Origin: Eledone cirrhosa
Lineage: Eukaryota
Direction of reading: 5' to 3'
Length of the DNA: 64,000 nucleotides
Assembly: GCA_964016885.1 (NCBI GenBank)
Contig: OZ024743.1
Coordinates: 361,398,001-361,462,000, forward strand
A model generated the notes under the pieces. The model saw only the letters and a list, made by a program, of their open reading frames with translations. It searched no databases and was not told the origin of the DNA. Made by a program: the position numbers and the translations under genes. This document shows, piece after piece, positions 27,159 through 44,756 of the stretch. The stretch's first letter is position 1. Each line of letters starts with the position of its first letter.

Positions 27159-28201
27159 CCTTGTCTGGCTTTCTGGAGAATAGAGGAAAGGTGTTTCCTC
27201 AAAAACCAGTATGACTCTAAAAACCGGTTTGCCTGTGTGTTTACATACAGAATAGCTGGACACTCACAGTAAAGTGACCAGTGAAAACTCGGTACATCTA
27301 CATATGTATACATGTGTGTATTCATATGCATACTAGTATTTCAGTATACATATGTGGATGTACATTTTTAACTTAATTGTTTAAGCGTCTGTCATACAAA
27401 AGTGAGTTACAAACGAAACGAAATTTAATTTCGTTTCGTTATTTGTTTTTAAAATATATATATAGATATTTATATATTATTATAATAAGATAAAAAATTT
27501 CAAACATAATTCTCCATATAAATATATACATAATATAGACAAACATCTGAATATATTTCTCCCAAATTAACGTTTAAGTGGTCTTCCTTTTCCTTTTCCT
27601 TTTCCATTTCCTTCTTGTTATTTTTCCTTCTTCTTTAACGATTTTTTGTTTGATAATCTATATAGCTTCGTTAAACTAACAATATTCTGAAAACATTCTC
27701 ATTGTTGAACAACATTTTTGAATCCACAAATTATTCTACTCTCACAACATGAAAATACAATTTCAACTTCCTTCGTAACTCATATTTGATATATAAACAA
27801 TCAATACATACGCAAATTATTAATATATATATATATAGATATTTATATACATATAACCTATCCTAATGTAATAAGATAAAAATACTTGCAACCATAATTC
27901 TTCATATAATCTAATTGATTATACAATATTATAACTCATAATATAGGTAACAGACCTTTTAACCCAAATTATTCCTTACTCTTCCTTCCTACGCATACAG
28001 TAACTTATTATAATTATTTAAATTTTCCATAGCCTCTAAAATAACGTTTTTTTTCAATCCTTTAACATAAACCTCATTTGCATACTCATATTAATAATTT
28101 TAGATATCTGTTTTTCTTTTCTTCCCTTCACTTCCCAGGGATAACTTGTACCGTTAAGGTATATTATCCTTGGTTACGTCAAATATTTATGAAACATTTT
28201 G

Positions 28202-28262
28202 TATTTTATCTGATGATAGCGTACCAAAATGTTGGTACCCTTGAAATATATATAATAGAATA
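28202..28262 (+). ncRNA. Type I hammerhead in a PLE pseudo-LTR; inverted copy at 26031-26091(-)
   Basis: TATTTTAT CTGATGA ..GTACCAA-AATG-TTGGTAC.. GAAA TATATA TA ATAGAATA, with an 8-bp stem I. Confidence 0.82.
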
Positions 28263-28324
28263 AATATGGTTTTATAAATATTGTTTCTATTTATTTAATA
28301 TTATTGTGTATATATATATATGTA

Positions 28325-29042
28325 TATTTATTAAAATAACAGATTAAAGTTTAAGTAAAGAATCGCTGCTTTCACCCTTAACGGGATCTTCTGAAACTAA
28401 CAAAGTCAATTTGTAAACGCAGAAGTGGATATTTAAAAAAACGTTGCAACCGGAGGAAGACAGGAAGACGATACTTCAGTTCGTGGAATGGTTCGCTGGA
28501 AAAGAACGGGAAAAAACGAATATAATACGTCATTAATAGGAGCGGTGAAAAACAATTACGCGCAAAGACAGAACCACGTTTATGGTATAAAAGAGGTCGT
28601 AGACTAATGTTCTCTTAGGTGGTTCATAGAAACGTTCTCTGGCAATGAACGAAAAAAACGAAGATAATACGTCATATGTGGAGCGTGGAGAACAATAGCA
28701 CGCAAAGACAAAACCACGTAAATGGTATAGCAGAAGTCGTAGACTAAAATTCTAACTAGGAGACCGAATGAATCTCCGCTACAGAGTTAAGAACAAAGTA
28801 AATAAATACAATACAGAAGTAATAGAAATAAATAAATACATACACGCAAACAAATACGTACGTACGCAAGCATACGCAAAACACTTACCATAGGTATACA
28901 AAACCACGCACATATAAATATGTGTGTGTGTGTATGCGTGTATACAAAATAATAAATATTTGCTCTACGGTTCTTCTATATTTGATATATATTTATCCTT
29001 ATCGAGCCCTCTTTGGATTTTAGTCTTCAAATTTATTATTAT

Positions 29043-29047
<5 letters not shown>
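28325..29047. mobile_element. Solo pseudo-LTR of the 41.7-44.8 kb PLE family: ~620-bp inverted arm joined to a plus-strand 3' tail, in (TA)n
   Basis: 28325-28950 matches 41826-42450. 28950-29047 is the reverse complement of 41741-41835. HHR at 28348-28398(-). Confidence 0.88.
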
Positions 29048-29106
<59 letters not shown>

Positions 29107-29124
29107 AAGGCTGGTAAAATTCCC

Positions 29125-29277
29125 GAGATCCATGGACGAGTTCTCTCCAGCGGTCTCTGTCCCTCATTATCGCTGCCATGTCCTGCATCTCCAACAGACC
29201 AGTGTCTGTCCTTAGGGCATCAACATATGTTAACCTTGGTCTTCCTCTTCTAGTGTGTCCATGTAGGGGCTCCCATA
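29125..29277 (-). mobile_element. LINE ORF2 extreme 3' fragment
   Basis: Translates WEPLHGHTRRGRPRLTYVDALRTDTG...MRDRDRWRELV. Confidence 0.75.
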
Positions 29278-32200
29278 TTGAGTATATGTTGGTTGTATAC
29301 CAACACCTCAGTATGCATATTGGAGCACTCGACGAAGTGCGCAGGTTGGTTACTCCGGAGTAATGTAAAATAAACTAAAATAAATAAGTCAAATGTTTAA
29401 AATTTGGCTTCGTTTATTACTGCTATATATATTTCGGTGATACACATCTTCGGCTCTGATCTCTTCAGGTAGTCCTAATTAGTGTGGTAGAGACGAGTAC
29501 ACATGTTGTTGAGGTGTTCAAATTTGTCAAGTCTCTGATATGCCCAGTTCCTGGTTGGGTTGTTATTTCACTGAGGAACTGGAATCATATGAATTACAAC
29601 AAATGAATTTCAGCGTCAAAGGACATCTTCTCCTCCCATTGGTCAGTTGTCAGAACATTCCTCAGTCAAAAGTCTATAGAAATTCGTTCTGAGGCGAGGC
29701 AATCTGTAGTTGTTGTTCTTCTTATTGTTAGGTACATCTGACCTCTATCCTTATGTTGGTAGTGGTGTTGTTGTTGGGGTCAGCTAAAAAAAAGTGATAA
29801 AGTTGTAGAAGGAATAAGATGGTAAAGGAACAAAATAAAATAAGATAATCAAATAAAATGTGTGTGTGTTATACCCAATCTCACGCAGAAAAATCACGTG
29901 GTACATGCCACCCAACTCAGCGGCCATAAAGAACAGCTTGGCCCGATCATTCTTTGTGCACTTGATAAATGCCTCCCGAGGGACCATAGATACCACGAGA
30001 TCTTCAACAGACACACTGTGAAGCTTTCGTATTCCACCAGGAGAAATCTGGCCCAACACATAGCTAGCATCAACAGGAGATGGCTTAATAACCACACACA
30101 TCCAGAAGATGGCAATATAAGCGCCCAGAAGAACCATGTGGAAGGAGAGAAGGGGGGACCCAGTGCCCACCCAAGAAACTCAAACAGACCCGGGGACCTC
30201 CCACCGTTCCCGGGGGAGGACCCCATGTAACACGTAACGGGAACCCCACACTAGGCACGCAGAAGTGGACCATCCTCTGCAACTGCAGAAACCCCGAATC
30301 ATGCCCCCTTAGTAATGAATGCCTTAAGAAGAACCTAATATACGGATGTAGCGTTAAAACCCCCAACTCCGAACACCTCTACATAGGAGCCACATCAACG
30401 AGCTTTAAAGACCGTTGGTACAAACATCGCCATTCCTTCAATAAGGAGGCTAAAAAGAAAAGTACGGCTCTTTCCGACCTGATCTGGAAGCTTAAGCTGG
30501 ATAGGACCCCGTACTCCCTGGCCTGGTCCATAATCAGGAAATTACAATCCGATAAAGGATCTGGCTTATGCAAACTATGTCTGAACGAGACCCTCGAGAT
30601 ACTAAGAGGTGGAAGCCGCCTGATAAACCTCAGAACCGACTTCTTCGGGACATGCAGACACCTCAGGGCCGGTACCTTCCTCAAGCTATATGGACAGTAA
30701 CAACACACTGAGATGTGAACTCCCCTCAAGCTATAGGGACTTCTCCGGAACATGTAGACACCTCTTGGCCGGACCCCCCCTCAAGCTATATGGGCAGTAA
30801 CAACACCATAGGCTGGGAACTCCCCTCAAGCCATAGTGACCCTCCCAGGCTAAGCAAACCCCATGAAAGCCTAGAGATTGATTCTGACATAGCCTTTCTA
30901 ATTTGGCCAACATCTTTGTAACAAACACACATTTTATTTTACTTGAATTTTCATTTTTTTATTTTTCATTTGTTTTCTGTTTTCTTGACTTTATTGCCTT
31001 CTATGTCTTCCTATGCATGGCACAACCTCTCCCCCCCCCCCCCACACACACAACTACCACCACCACCACCACCACGAGATATGGTGGCAGGCGGATGAAA
31101 AACACACACAGATACTTCTTAATGTCAGCAGCAGCAAGACCTAGGCTGACCGCAGCACCAACACCACTACCAAAATAAGGGTAGAGGTCAGATGTACTTA
31201 AACAAACACTACAGGCAGCCTCACCCCAGAAAGAATTTCCATAGACTTTTGACTGAGAAATGCTCTCACAACTGACCAATGGGAGGAGTGAACTTGCAAA
31301 TCTTTCTAACGTTGAGATTGGTTATAACACACACATTTTATTTGATTATCTTATTTGTTTTATTATTTTACCACCTTTGTTCCTCCTGCCACTTAATCCA
31401 ACATCCTTCTGACTTTGAGATTGGTTATAGCACACACACATTTTATCTTATTTGAATCTTCATTTTTATTTTTCATTTTTCATTTATTTATATTTATTAT
31501 TTATTTTCCGTTTTCTTCATTTTATTGCCTTCTATTTCTTCATATGCATGGCACAGTCCCCACCACCACCATTACCACCACCACCTCCACCACCACGAGA
31601 AATGGTGGCACGATGGATGAAGAAACACACACACAGGTACTTTTAAATGTCAGCAGTAGCAAGAACTAGGCTGACCACAGCACCAACACCACTACCAAAA
31701 TAAGGGTAGAGGTCAGATGTACTTAACAATAGCAAGAACAAACACTACAGGTAGCCTCACCCCAGAAAGAATATCTATAGACTTTTGACTGAGGAATGCT
31801 CTCACAACTGACCAATGGGAGGAGTGACCTTACAAATCTTTCTAACATTGAGATTGGGTATAACACACATGTTTTATTTTATTATCTTATTTTATTTTGT
31901 TCCTTTACCATCTTATTCCTTCAACCACTTTATCATTTTTTTTAGCTGACTCCAACACCACTACCAACAAAAGAGTAGAGGTCAGATGTACTTAACAATA
32001 ACAAGAACAACCACTACCGGTTGCCTCGCCTCAGAACGAATTTCTATAGAATTTTGACTGAGGAATGTTCTCACAATTGACCAATGGGAGGAGATGTACT
32101 TTGACGCTGAAATTCATTTGTTAAATTCATATGATTTCAGTTCCTCAGTGAAATGACAACCCAACCAGGAACTGGGCATATCAGAGTATTGCCAAATTTA

Positions 32201-32440
32201 AACACCTCAACAACATGTGTACTCGTCTCTACCACACTAATTCGGACTGCCTGAAGAGGTCACAGCCAAAGATGGGTATCACCGAAATATATATAGCAGT
32301 AATAAACGAAGCCAAATTTCAAATATTTGACTTATTTATTTTAGTTTATTTTACATTACTCCGGAGTAACCAACCTGCGCACTTCGTCGAGTGCTCCAAT
32401 ATGCATACTGAGGTGTTGGTATACAACCAACATATACTCA

Positions 32441-32445
<5 letters not shown>
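29275..32445 (+). mobile_element. 5'-truncated PLE (linker plus GIY-YIG at ~29900-30700) with a long tandemly repeated 3' region and an inverted pseudo-LTR copy (29275-29885 vs ~31845-32445)
   Basis: LDKCLPRDHRYHEIFNRHTVKLSYST, CNCRNPESCPLSNECL..IYGC..YIGATSTSFKDRWYKHRHSF..STALS..CKLCLNE..CRH. Imperfect direct repeats at 30870-32100. Confidence 0.9.
32246..32300 (+). ncRNA. Type I hammerhead in a PLE pseudo-LTR; inverted copy at 29419-29473(-)
   Basis: ACTGC CTGAAGA GGT...ACC GAAA TATATA TA GCAGT. Confidence 0.85.
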
Positions 32446-32495
<50 letters not shown>

Positions 32496-32497
<2 letters not shown>

Positions 32498-32678
32498 TTT
32501 TAATATAGATGAGATTCTACAGGACTAGAACTGTTTCATTCTTTAGGAATCCTGATGATTTCTAAAGAATGAAACAGTTCTAGTCCTGTAGAATCTCGTC
32601 TATATTAAAACTTTTATACTCTGCAATGTATTGAGTACCTTCCTTACTGTGGTTAACTCCGATTCAACCCGGAATAAC

Positions 32679-32679
<1 letters not shown>
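32496..32679 (+). mobile_element. Fold-back PLE terminus with an HHR core at the hairpin centre, in (TA)n
   Basis: Arms 32496-32551 and 32557-32613. CTGATGA (32552), TTC-TAAA-GAA, GAAA, CAG..CTG, TA. The 5' strand of stem I is mostly lost at the inversion point. Confidence 0.8.
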
Positions 32680-32733
<54 letters not shown>

Positions 32734-33020
32734 ATGTTTGAGCTCATTATTGACAGGGAATAGCGAGAGTTAATCTATCGTGATATATATATATATATTT
32801 ATATATTTATATATATATAATTTCATTTCTCACTATTACTGCAGCACTTACTTAAATGTAAGTATGTATGTATGTATACGTACATACATATATGTATACA
32901 GACGTACAGTAGTATATATATATATACATACATGCACACATATATATGCACGTATCGGTTTACCGAACATTTATTATAATGCTCGGTTTGTTTCTTTGTA
33001 AACAAACAAACAACCCGAAT

Positions 33021-36640
<3,620 letters not shown>

Positions 36641-36647
36641 TATATAT

Positions 36648-36717
<70 letters not shown>

Positions 36718-36839
36718 CCCCCGAAAAAGATTTTCTTTTCATGCTACAGGGGGCCGATCTAACGTGTAGTGTTGTATGATCAACGGCCGGCCCCTGTATT
36801 ATTAGGAACTTTCAATGTTTATTTTAGGTTTTGCCGGCT

Positions 36840-37930
36840 GAAATTCTCACTCTTAGTACGGCACTTACTTAAATGTAAGTATGTATGTATGTATACGTAC
36901 ATACATATATGTATACAGACGTACAGTAGTATGTATATGTATACATACATGCACACATATATTTATGCACGTATCGGTTTACCGAACATTTATTATAATG
37001 CTCGGTTTGTTTCTTTGTAAACAAACAGAGGCCGAATTACGCCGTACGGTGTTTAGGCAACCACGTCACCTTTTTGTTCAACACTGACACAGGAACGATG
37101 TACTAGTTTCAAGCTTATAAGTTATGGTCAGCATCGTATACCTTCCTGCCAGTTGGTTGAACGTCTGAAAGTATATAATTTCCCTATGCATATTAACGGC
37201 TGAGCAGCCTAATTTGCATATCGTGTGAGTTCAGTCGGCCGGGCACACCGAAAACGATAAATGGAATAGAATGAAACAAAATTTCATTTTTCACTCTTAT
37301 ACGGCACTTACTTAAATGTAAGTATGTATGTTTGTATACGTACATACATATATGTATACCGACGTACAGTAGTATGTATATATATACATACCTGCACACA
37401 TTTATATATTCACGTATCGGTTTAGCGAACATTTATTATAATGCTCGGTTTGTTTTTTTGTAATCAAACAAACAGCCCGAATTACGTCGTAAAGTGTTTA
37501 GGCAACCACGTCCTTTTTTTGTTCAACACGGACAAAGGAACGATGTACTAGTTTCAAGCTTGTTAGCTATCGTCAGCATCGTATACCTTCCTGCCAGATG
37601 GTTGAACGTCTGAAAGTATATAATTTCCTTATGCATATTAACGGCTGAGCAGCCTAATTTGCATATCGAGTGAGTTCAGTCGGCCGTGCACACCGAAAAC
37701 TATAGATGGAATAGAATCAAACGAAATTTCATTTCTCACTCTTAGTACGGCGTAATTCGGGCTGTTTGTTTGTTTACAAACAAACAAATTGAGCATTATA
37801 ATAAATGTTCGGTAAACCGATACGTGCATATATATATATATATGTGTGCATGTATGTATATATATATATATATACTACTGTACGTCTGAATACATATATG
37901 TATGTACGTATACATACATACTTACATTTA
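36840..37930 (-). mobile_element. Retrozyme-like tandem array 2: about 2 units of 445 nt with an inverted 5' segment (37745-37930); partial copy at 32820-33020
   Basis: Period 445 (stem I at 37095 and 37540). One HHR and one octamer per unit. Ends in (TA)n. Confidence 0.85.
37540..37582 (-). ncRNA. Type I hammerhead ribozyme; the sister copy at 37095-37137(-) has a G8C core mutation
   Basis: Minus strand reads ACGATG CTGACGA T AGCT-AACA-AGCT T GAAA CTAG TA CATCGT. Stem I can extend through AGGAA/TTCCT. Confidence 0.9.
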
Positions 37931-37940
37931 TATATATTTA

Positions 37941-38028
<88 letters not shown>

Positions 38029-39165
38029 CTTTCGAAACATGCATGCCCTATATTCTTTTTGTTCACTCAGATAGCAAGATAGGTGCATTTGATCGCTAGG
38101 GAGTTTTAAACTTAGAATACAAAATCATATAACTAAATACTGAAATATATTTTTGATAAGAAACAGTGTATAGAGACTGCGTGTGCTCATTAAATTTGTA
38201 AGATAAAACTATTAACAAACAAGGCATATTTAGTTGGGTTTTTTAAATAGTAAACCTAAATAATGAAAGAAATGGAGTAGATGTTTCAGTTGTTTTTTAT
38301 ATTCAGATATAAATATCAGAATCCCAAATAAAGGCAAGTGAATAGTAGATTAGCAGCTATGTTTCTTACATTATTTCTCTTAGGTGTTTACCAAGTAAAT
38401 ACTATATATAGCAAGTATTTGAGACTGTAGTAGAAAACAGTGACTCCTAATACCTTATATCTATGGGAAGAATCAGCTAGAATAATTGCAGTTAAACTAA
38501 ATTATTTTCCTTTCGAGCGCCTTTGAAAATATGACAACTGGCGCACCAAGATCTTGAGAGCTATTTAAGGTATTCAACTGCCATTTGTTAGCTTGGCATT
38601 CTTTTATTGCAGCATCTCGCTATATCCAATTCATGTGAAGAAAGATACATTTCTTCCAATTCAAATTTAATAAACAATTTAATATCCCAACTGCATAACA
38701 AATAAACACTTCTACTTATCTTACAATAATTGATCATTTGCACAAACGGCTAGGGATAACAAGGAAATAATTCCGAATCACACATTGCCGTCTTGAAACC
38801 TGAATGTAGCACTGGAAAATGTATATCCGATATCAATGCTTCCCATTGAAGTACAGATATGTGCTATGAAAAATGCCGGCATACTCTATGTCATTAGTAA
38901 TATTCCATATAATTCGATCTAATATTAAGTCAGATTCACCGAGGTTAAATATGTGCAACTAAATCACCTTTTTCAGTTGAGTATTATAGGCGGTGAGATG
39001 TCATTCTATGTCTGAAGGTAGATACTTAACCTCTCTGAGATTACTTCAAACTAATATTATCATTGGTCTTACAAGGGTTGTAATTATAAAGAAAGTATAT
39101 AAATTAACTTTAAATTCATTACTGTCAGTGCACTTCACTCTGAAACATGTAGCATGTTGCCTGAA

Positions 39166-39262
<97 letters not shown>

Positions 39263-39920
39263 CCATATCCTCTCTCTCATATAACCACAAACACATTCAC
39301 GCGGGGGATACTGCAATTTTGCTTGAAAACAAAACTAAATACAATATCAATGACTGGGGAGGAAATTTCAGTAACCTACAACATTAAAATACACCATTGG
39401 CAAAAATTAAATGTGGTAGTGCCCTAATGTATATAAATGTCTGAAGCTCCTTGCTAGAATATTCCAACAGGACAAACAAAAAGCGAGAATTGTGAGGCCC
39501 TAAATTGTAGCTTCTTACGCTCATGCCTAAACCAAAGCATTGTTTTAGTGTGGAATTTGTGTAGGGATGAATAAAGACACAGACAGTTCAATATTTCTTC
39601 TATTGTAATCAGGACTAATACACAAATTGAACACGGCATCATACCCTTAAGGCATAGACGCAGAAATTATCATCAACCCTAATTCTGTCTGCATACCTCT
39701 ATATGACGCCAGGCATTATACACAGCAGTATCCAAATTTAACAAAGAGAACATTAAGATATCAAAGTGAAATAATATCACCAACAGCAAAAGGATGATAG
39801 TAAATTCTTTGATCTCTACCTAAGTGTCCCGGCAGTAACGAATGGCCATAAAACTTCCATTAACTTGATGAATCAATGACATCATACGCCAGCTGTGTTA
39901 GCCACACCTCTTGAATAAGA

Positions 39921-40006
<86 letters not shown>
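39921..40006. repeat. (TAG)n microsatellite
   Basis: Perfect trinucleotide run. Confidence 0.95.
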
Positions 40007-40163
40007 TTGATACCAAAGATATAGATAATCTTGTGGCAACGGTCATTGCCTACCAGTCGTCCCTATATACTCACTTCACATTATATATCATTCATTTCAA
40101 TACGACTACTATTTTACAACCTGGTATATGGCGACACGCCTTGGCTCTCCCCCTTCTCTCTCT

Positions 40164-40198
<35 letters not shown>

Positions 40199-40201
<3 letters not shown>

Positions 40202-40397
40202 ATAATAAAAAATGTGATGACTAAAATCCGAAGAGGGCGCTCGATGAGGATTATATATATATAAATATATATAAAAAACGTAGAGCAAATATTTAATAAA
40301 ATAGCAAATTAAAGTTTAAGCAAAGAATTGCTGCTCTCACCCTTAATTGGTTCTTCCCGTTAAGGGTGAAACATCGATTCTTTCCTTAAACTTTAAT
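40199..40397 (-). mobile_element. Diverged fold-back terminus of the 41.7-44.8 kb PLE family
   Basis: The tail resembles 41741-41850. Hairpin 40311-40397 is centred on HHR stem II (cccgttaagggtgaaa). Confidence 0.75.
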
Positions 40398-40401
40398 ATA
40401 T

Positions 40402-40433
<32 letters not shown>

Positions 40434-40820
40434 ATTTGTTTATTTTAAAGACACCCCATACAGATCAAAACATTGTGAAACTCTGAAGATGTCGATTTGT
40501 AACGGTGCTAACCAGAGGTATTGGAAATCGAATTTTCCGATAAAATCCCAACGGATTAACGACTCTAGATATTGCTCACCAGATTATTGGCGAAACACGT
40601 GTCAATTATGTAATAAATGTTAGTGATATAACTGCGAAATTGATGTATTCATGTGATCTACTATATTATATATAAACACTCCTGCAATTACCTTCATTGT
40701 ACCATGGTTGATCACCACAGAGACACTATGATAAGTGATTCACTTGTTGAGTTAAAAACCACACACAGTCTTCGATTTCCCCTAATGAAATCCCATCACT
40801 GCAATAATCTTTCTCTATAT

Positions 40821-40909
<89 letters not shown>

Positions 40910-40911
<2 letters not shown>

Positions 40912-41674
40912 ATAATACTATTTATAGTTATGTATATGCTATAAACAACTATAAATAGGAAAGGTCAGTAATTTTCTACTACCTTATTACCAGTAAGAGA
41001 AATAGCTCAATATAAGAATATCAGTTGTTTTACAGAGCAGGAAAATAAATAAATAAATTAGACAATTATCAAAGTTGTGTTCAAATCATTAATAACTGAC
41101 AATTGTTTCTTCCAAACACTCGTATGGATTTATCGGAGCATTATCAATGTTTGCTCATATAATTAACATCCTATTCAACTGAACAATAATATAGATACAT
41201 ATATATTGATGTTGTGAGCAACAGTTCGTATTTAGAGGGTGGAATGGATGTGACATATATTTTACGAGAATTGTACAAAAATTCAAATTAAAATCAAAAG
41301 CACGGAGTGGAATACACACAACAGATAAAACAAGAGAATAGTCCAATCATTAAAGAGGCATTGAGAAAGTAGTTTTGAGAAAGGGAGAGTACATTAACAA
41401 TACATATGCAGCCGTGTGGATAGTGCAACTGCGTTAGTCATATAAAATGAGAAAGAAAAAAGCAAAGTTATTATGCATATATAGATGAATAAATACTGCA
41501 CTTTAAGCAAATATGTTAATGTATTAGAATCTATGGTGGATGCTGTATGTTGATAGTGTTTGAATTTGTGTGTTGAGAAACATACAGTTTTTGATGATTC
41601 CAAAGGAGAGTTTCGAAGATTTGATTGTCAGCTATTAAATGATTTGAACACAACTTTTATAATTGTCTAATTTA

Positions 41675-41690
<16 letters not shown>
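40910..41690 (-). mobile_element. Old PLE pseudo-LTR pair (inverted arms ~41045-41135 and ~41590-41685) with a degenerate HHR; related to 52380-53395
   Basis: Minus strand TGCT CCGATAA ATCCATAC..GTTTGGAA GAAA CAATTG TC. Shares the tail tactaccttattaccagtaag with 52477. Confidence 0.65.
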
Positions 41691-41743
<53 letters not shown>

Positions 41744-42840
41744 ATAATAATAAATTTCAAGACTAAAATCCAAAGAGGGCTCGATAAGGATAAATATATA
41801 TCAAATATATAAGAGCCGTAGAGCAAATATTTATTAAAATAACAGATTAAAGTTTAAGCAAAGAATCGCTGCTTTCACCCTTAACGGGATCTTCTGAAAC
41901 TAACAAAGTCAATCTGTAAACGCAGAAGTGGATATTTAAAAAAACGTTGCAACCGGAGGAAGACAGGAAGACGATACTTTGGTTCTTGGAAACGTTCGCT
42001 GGCAAAGAACGGGAAAAAACGAATAAGATACGTGATTAATAGGAGCGGTGAAAAACAATTACGCGCAAAGGCAGAACCACGTTTATGGTATAAAAGTGGT
42101 CGTAGACTAATGTTCTCTTAGGTGGTTCATAGAGACGATTCTCCGGCAATGAACGAAAAAAACGAAGATAATACGTCATATGTGGAGCGTGGAGAACAAT
42201 AACACGCAAAGACAAAACCACGTAAATGGTATAGCAGAAGTCGTAGACTAAAATTCTAACTAGGAGACCGAATGAATCTCTGCTACAGAGTTAAGAACAA
42301 AGTAAATAAATACAATACAGAAGTAATAGAAATAAATAAATACATACCCGCTAACAAATACGTACATACACAAGCATACGCAAAACACTTACCAAAGGTA
42401 TACAAAACCACGCACATATAAATATGTATGTGTGTGTATGCGTGTATACAAATAAATAAATAATTAAATAAACGTAAATAAATACGTATATAACAAGCGC
42501 ACACACATACCTCCATGTAAATACACGAATGTTCGGAGACGTAAGTCAACCAAAACATGAAATACACATATACACGCACCCTACATACGTGCGAACCTGC
42601 ATACTCACACAGACGCAAAACTCCCGTATACACATAGCCAAACAATATGTACCAGAATAAAAAAAATTAAAAAATGTATACGCCATAATATAAACAATCA
42701 AATGTACGTACGGGAAGGTATACGTAACTTCACGAAACATACGGGTAATATATACTTACCTATGCAAATAATTAATTGTATAAACAAAACATATACTTAG
42801 CTCCCACATCGAGACGTAAAATATCCACGTATAGATCGAA

Positions 42841-43910
42841 CTATCCGTTAGGGTATAACGTGGGGCTGTAATACAGGAAAGTTTTGTGCAATTTATGTTT
42901 ACGAGCCGAAATTGTCTCAGATTTTTTGTTTAAGATGTGGTCTGTGGCGTAGAGTATTTCCAGGGCCTCAGCGGCGCAGAGGTCACATGGTCTTTTATTT
43001 CCGTTATACGATCTAGCCCTAGCTAGGATCTCCCAGTGTAACTTATATTGGGTGTGGTTGTCATTTAGACTCAAGATATAAGCTGAAAGTGACGTCATAT
43101 TCCTTCTTAGAGGGTAACGAAAAGAATGGGTATGCATGTAAAGACGCTGCTTGAATCTATTGGCGGTTAACCCTATGTAGGCCCTACGGGACGTGGGTGT
43201 TACAACCTTACATTTGTAGACAATGTTACTAGAGAGGCATTTCCCGGATAGGGGGCAATCAACCCGATTCCTACAATTACAGTTAGTACTAACTACAGGG
43301 TTGCACGTGTTCCTACGGCTAGGTAGTTTAGCTAAATTTGAAGCTGTGATGTTATGTGCAAGGTTAGGAGTCGTAGAGAAAGAAATTTTAATAGTATTTC
43401 TATTAAAAATTTTACTATATTTATGTGTAGGGGGAAAATGCTTCGTAATAAGGGAAAGAAAGATGTTAGCTATTGGTGTGGCCACCTCCATATTATATGG
43501 TGGGTTATACCAACAAATGCGACGGGATCTATTTCTTCTAGGTCTAATTTCGTACTCTGTAAATGCTACCTTATCGACAAATCCACTTCGAGCAAGAGCT
43601 TCATTGTAATAAGTGGAATGGTCGTTGAAAATACGCTCGTTGGTGAAAAGACGGGAGAGCCTCAACGAAACGTTTCTTACCAGGTTCTTGGTTATGCTGG
43701 CGGGATGGTTGGAATGCTTACTTATGTAATTAAGCGAATCATTCGGCTTTCTATACGGGTAATACAACCCATTCAATAAATTGAGGGTAACGTCAAGGTA
43801 ATTAACGACCGAGAGATTGGCCTCAACCTGTATAGAGAGGTTGAAGACTTTAAAGAAGGCTGTTAGTTCTTTTCTGAACCTGTCGCAAGCACGAGGTCCG
43901 CACTTAGTCA
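42841..43910 (-). CDS. PLE polyprotein C-terminal part: RT motif E/thumb, Cys-rich linker and GIY-YIG endonuclease (open frame, 5' truncated)
   Basis: NYLDVTLNL..YYPYRKPN..YI..SNHP, WYNPPY, LITKHFP, CNCRNRVDCPLSGKCL..IVYKC..YIGLT..FKQRL..H..SF, CDLCAAE. The first ~100 aa of ORF 42841-44205 come from the inverted pseudo-LTR and are not real coding sequence. Confidence 0.92.
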
Positions 43911-44756
43911 TAGGTAAGTATATATTACCCGTATATTTCGTGAAGTTACGTATACCTTCCCGTACGTATATTTGATTGTTTATGTTATGGCGTATACATT
44001 TTTTTATTTTTTTTATTCTGGTACATATGGTTTGGCTATGTGTATACGGGAGTTTTGCGTCTGTTTGAGTATGCAGGTTCGCACGTATGTAGGGTGTGTG
44101 TATATGTGTATTTCTTGTTTTGGTTAACTTACGTCTCCGAACATTCGTGTATTTACGTGGAGGTATGTGTGTGCGCTTGTTATATACGTATTTATTTACG
44201 TTCATTTAATTATTTATTTATTTGTACACACGCATACACACACACACATATTTATATGTGCGTGGTTTTGTATACCTATGGTAAGTGTTTTGCGTATGCT
44301 TGTGTATGTACGTATTTGTTAGCGGGTATGTATTTATTTATTTCTATTACTTCTGTATTGTATTTATTTACTTTGTTCTTAACTCTGTAGCGGAGATTCA
44401 TTCGGTCTCCTAGTTAGAATTTTAGTCTACGACTTCTGCTATACCATTTACGTGGTTTTGTCTTTGCGTGCTATTGTTCTCCATGCTCCACATATGACGT
44501 ATTATCTTCGTTTTTTTCGTTCATTGCCGGAGAACGTCTCTATGAACCACCTAAGAGAACATTAGTCTACGACCACTTTTATACCATAAACGTGGTTCTG
44601 CCTTTGCGCGTAATTGTTTTTCACCGCTCCTATTAATCACGTATCTTATTCGTTTTTGTCCCGTTCTTTGCCAGGGAACGTTTACACGAACCAAAGTATC
44701 GTCTTCCTGTCTTCCTCCGGTTGCAACGTTTTTTTAAATATCCACTTCTGCGTTTA

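Larger units (their letters stand above)
26405..27450 (+). mobile_element. Retrozyme-like tandem array 1: about 2.1 units of 466 nt with an inverted 5' segment (26405-26479)
   Basis: Direct repeat of period 466 (CTGATGA at 26655 and 27121). Non-coding, with one HHR and one octamer per unit. Confidence 0.85.
25890..28300 (-). mobile_element. PLE remnant with inverted pseudo-LTR arms (~26005-26260 and ~28035-28295) enclosing the HHR tandem array
   Basis: Reverse-complement arms, each with an HHR. 26260-26400 resembles the decayed end of an endonuclease ORF (..NTQ..). Confidence 0.7.

Noticed and set aside
40570-40610. GCGAAACACGTGTC, resembling an HHR 3' half
   Set aside because: The 5' core is not recognisable at the expected distance, so it is not called.
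43911-44205. N-terminal ~100 aa of the 454-aa ORF
   Set aside because: It reads through the inverted pseudo-LTR, and PLE homology starts only near 43910.
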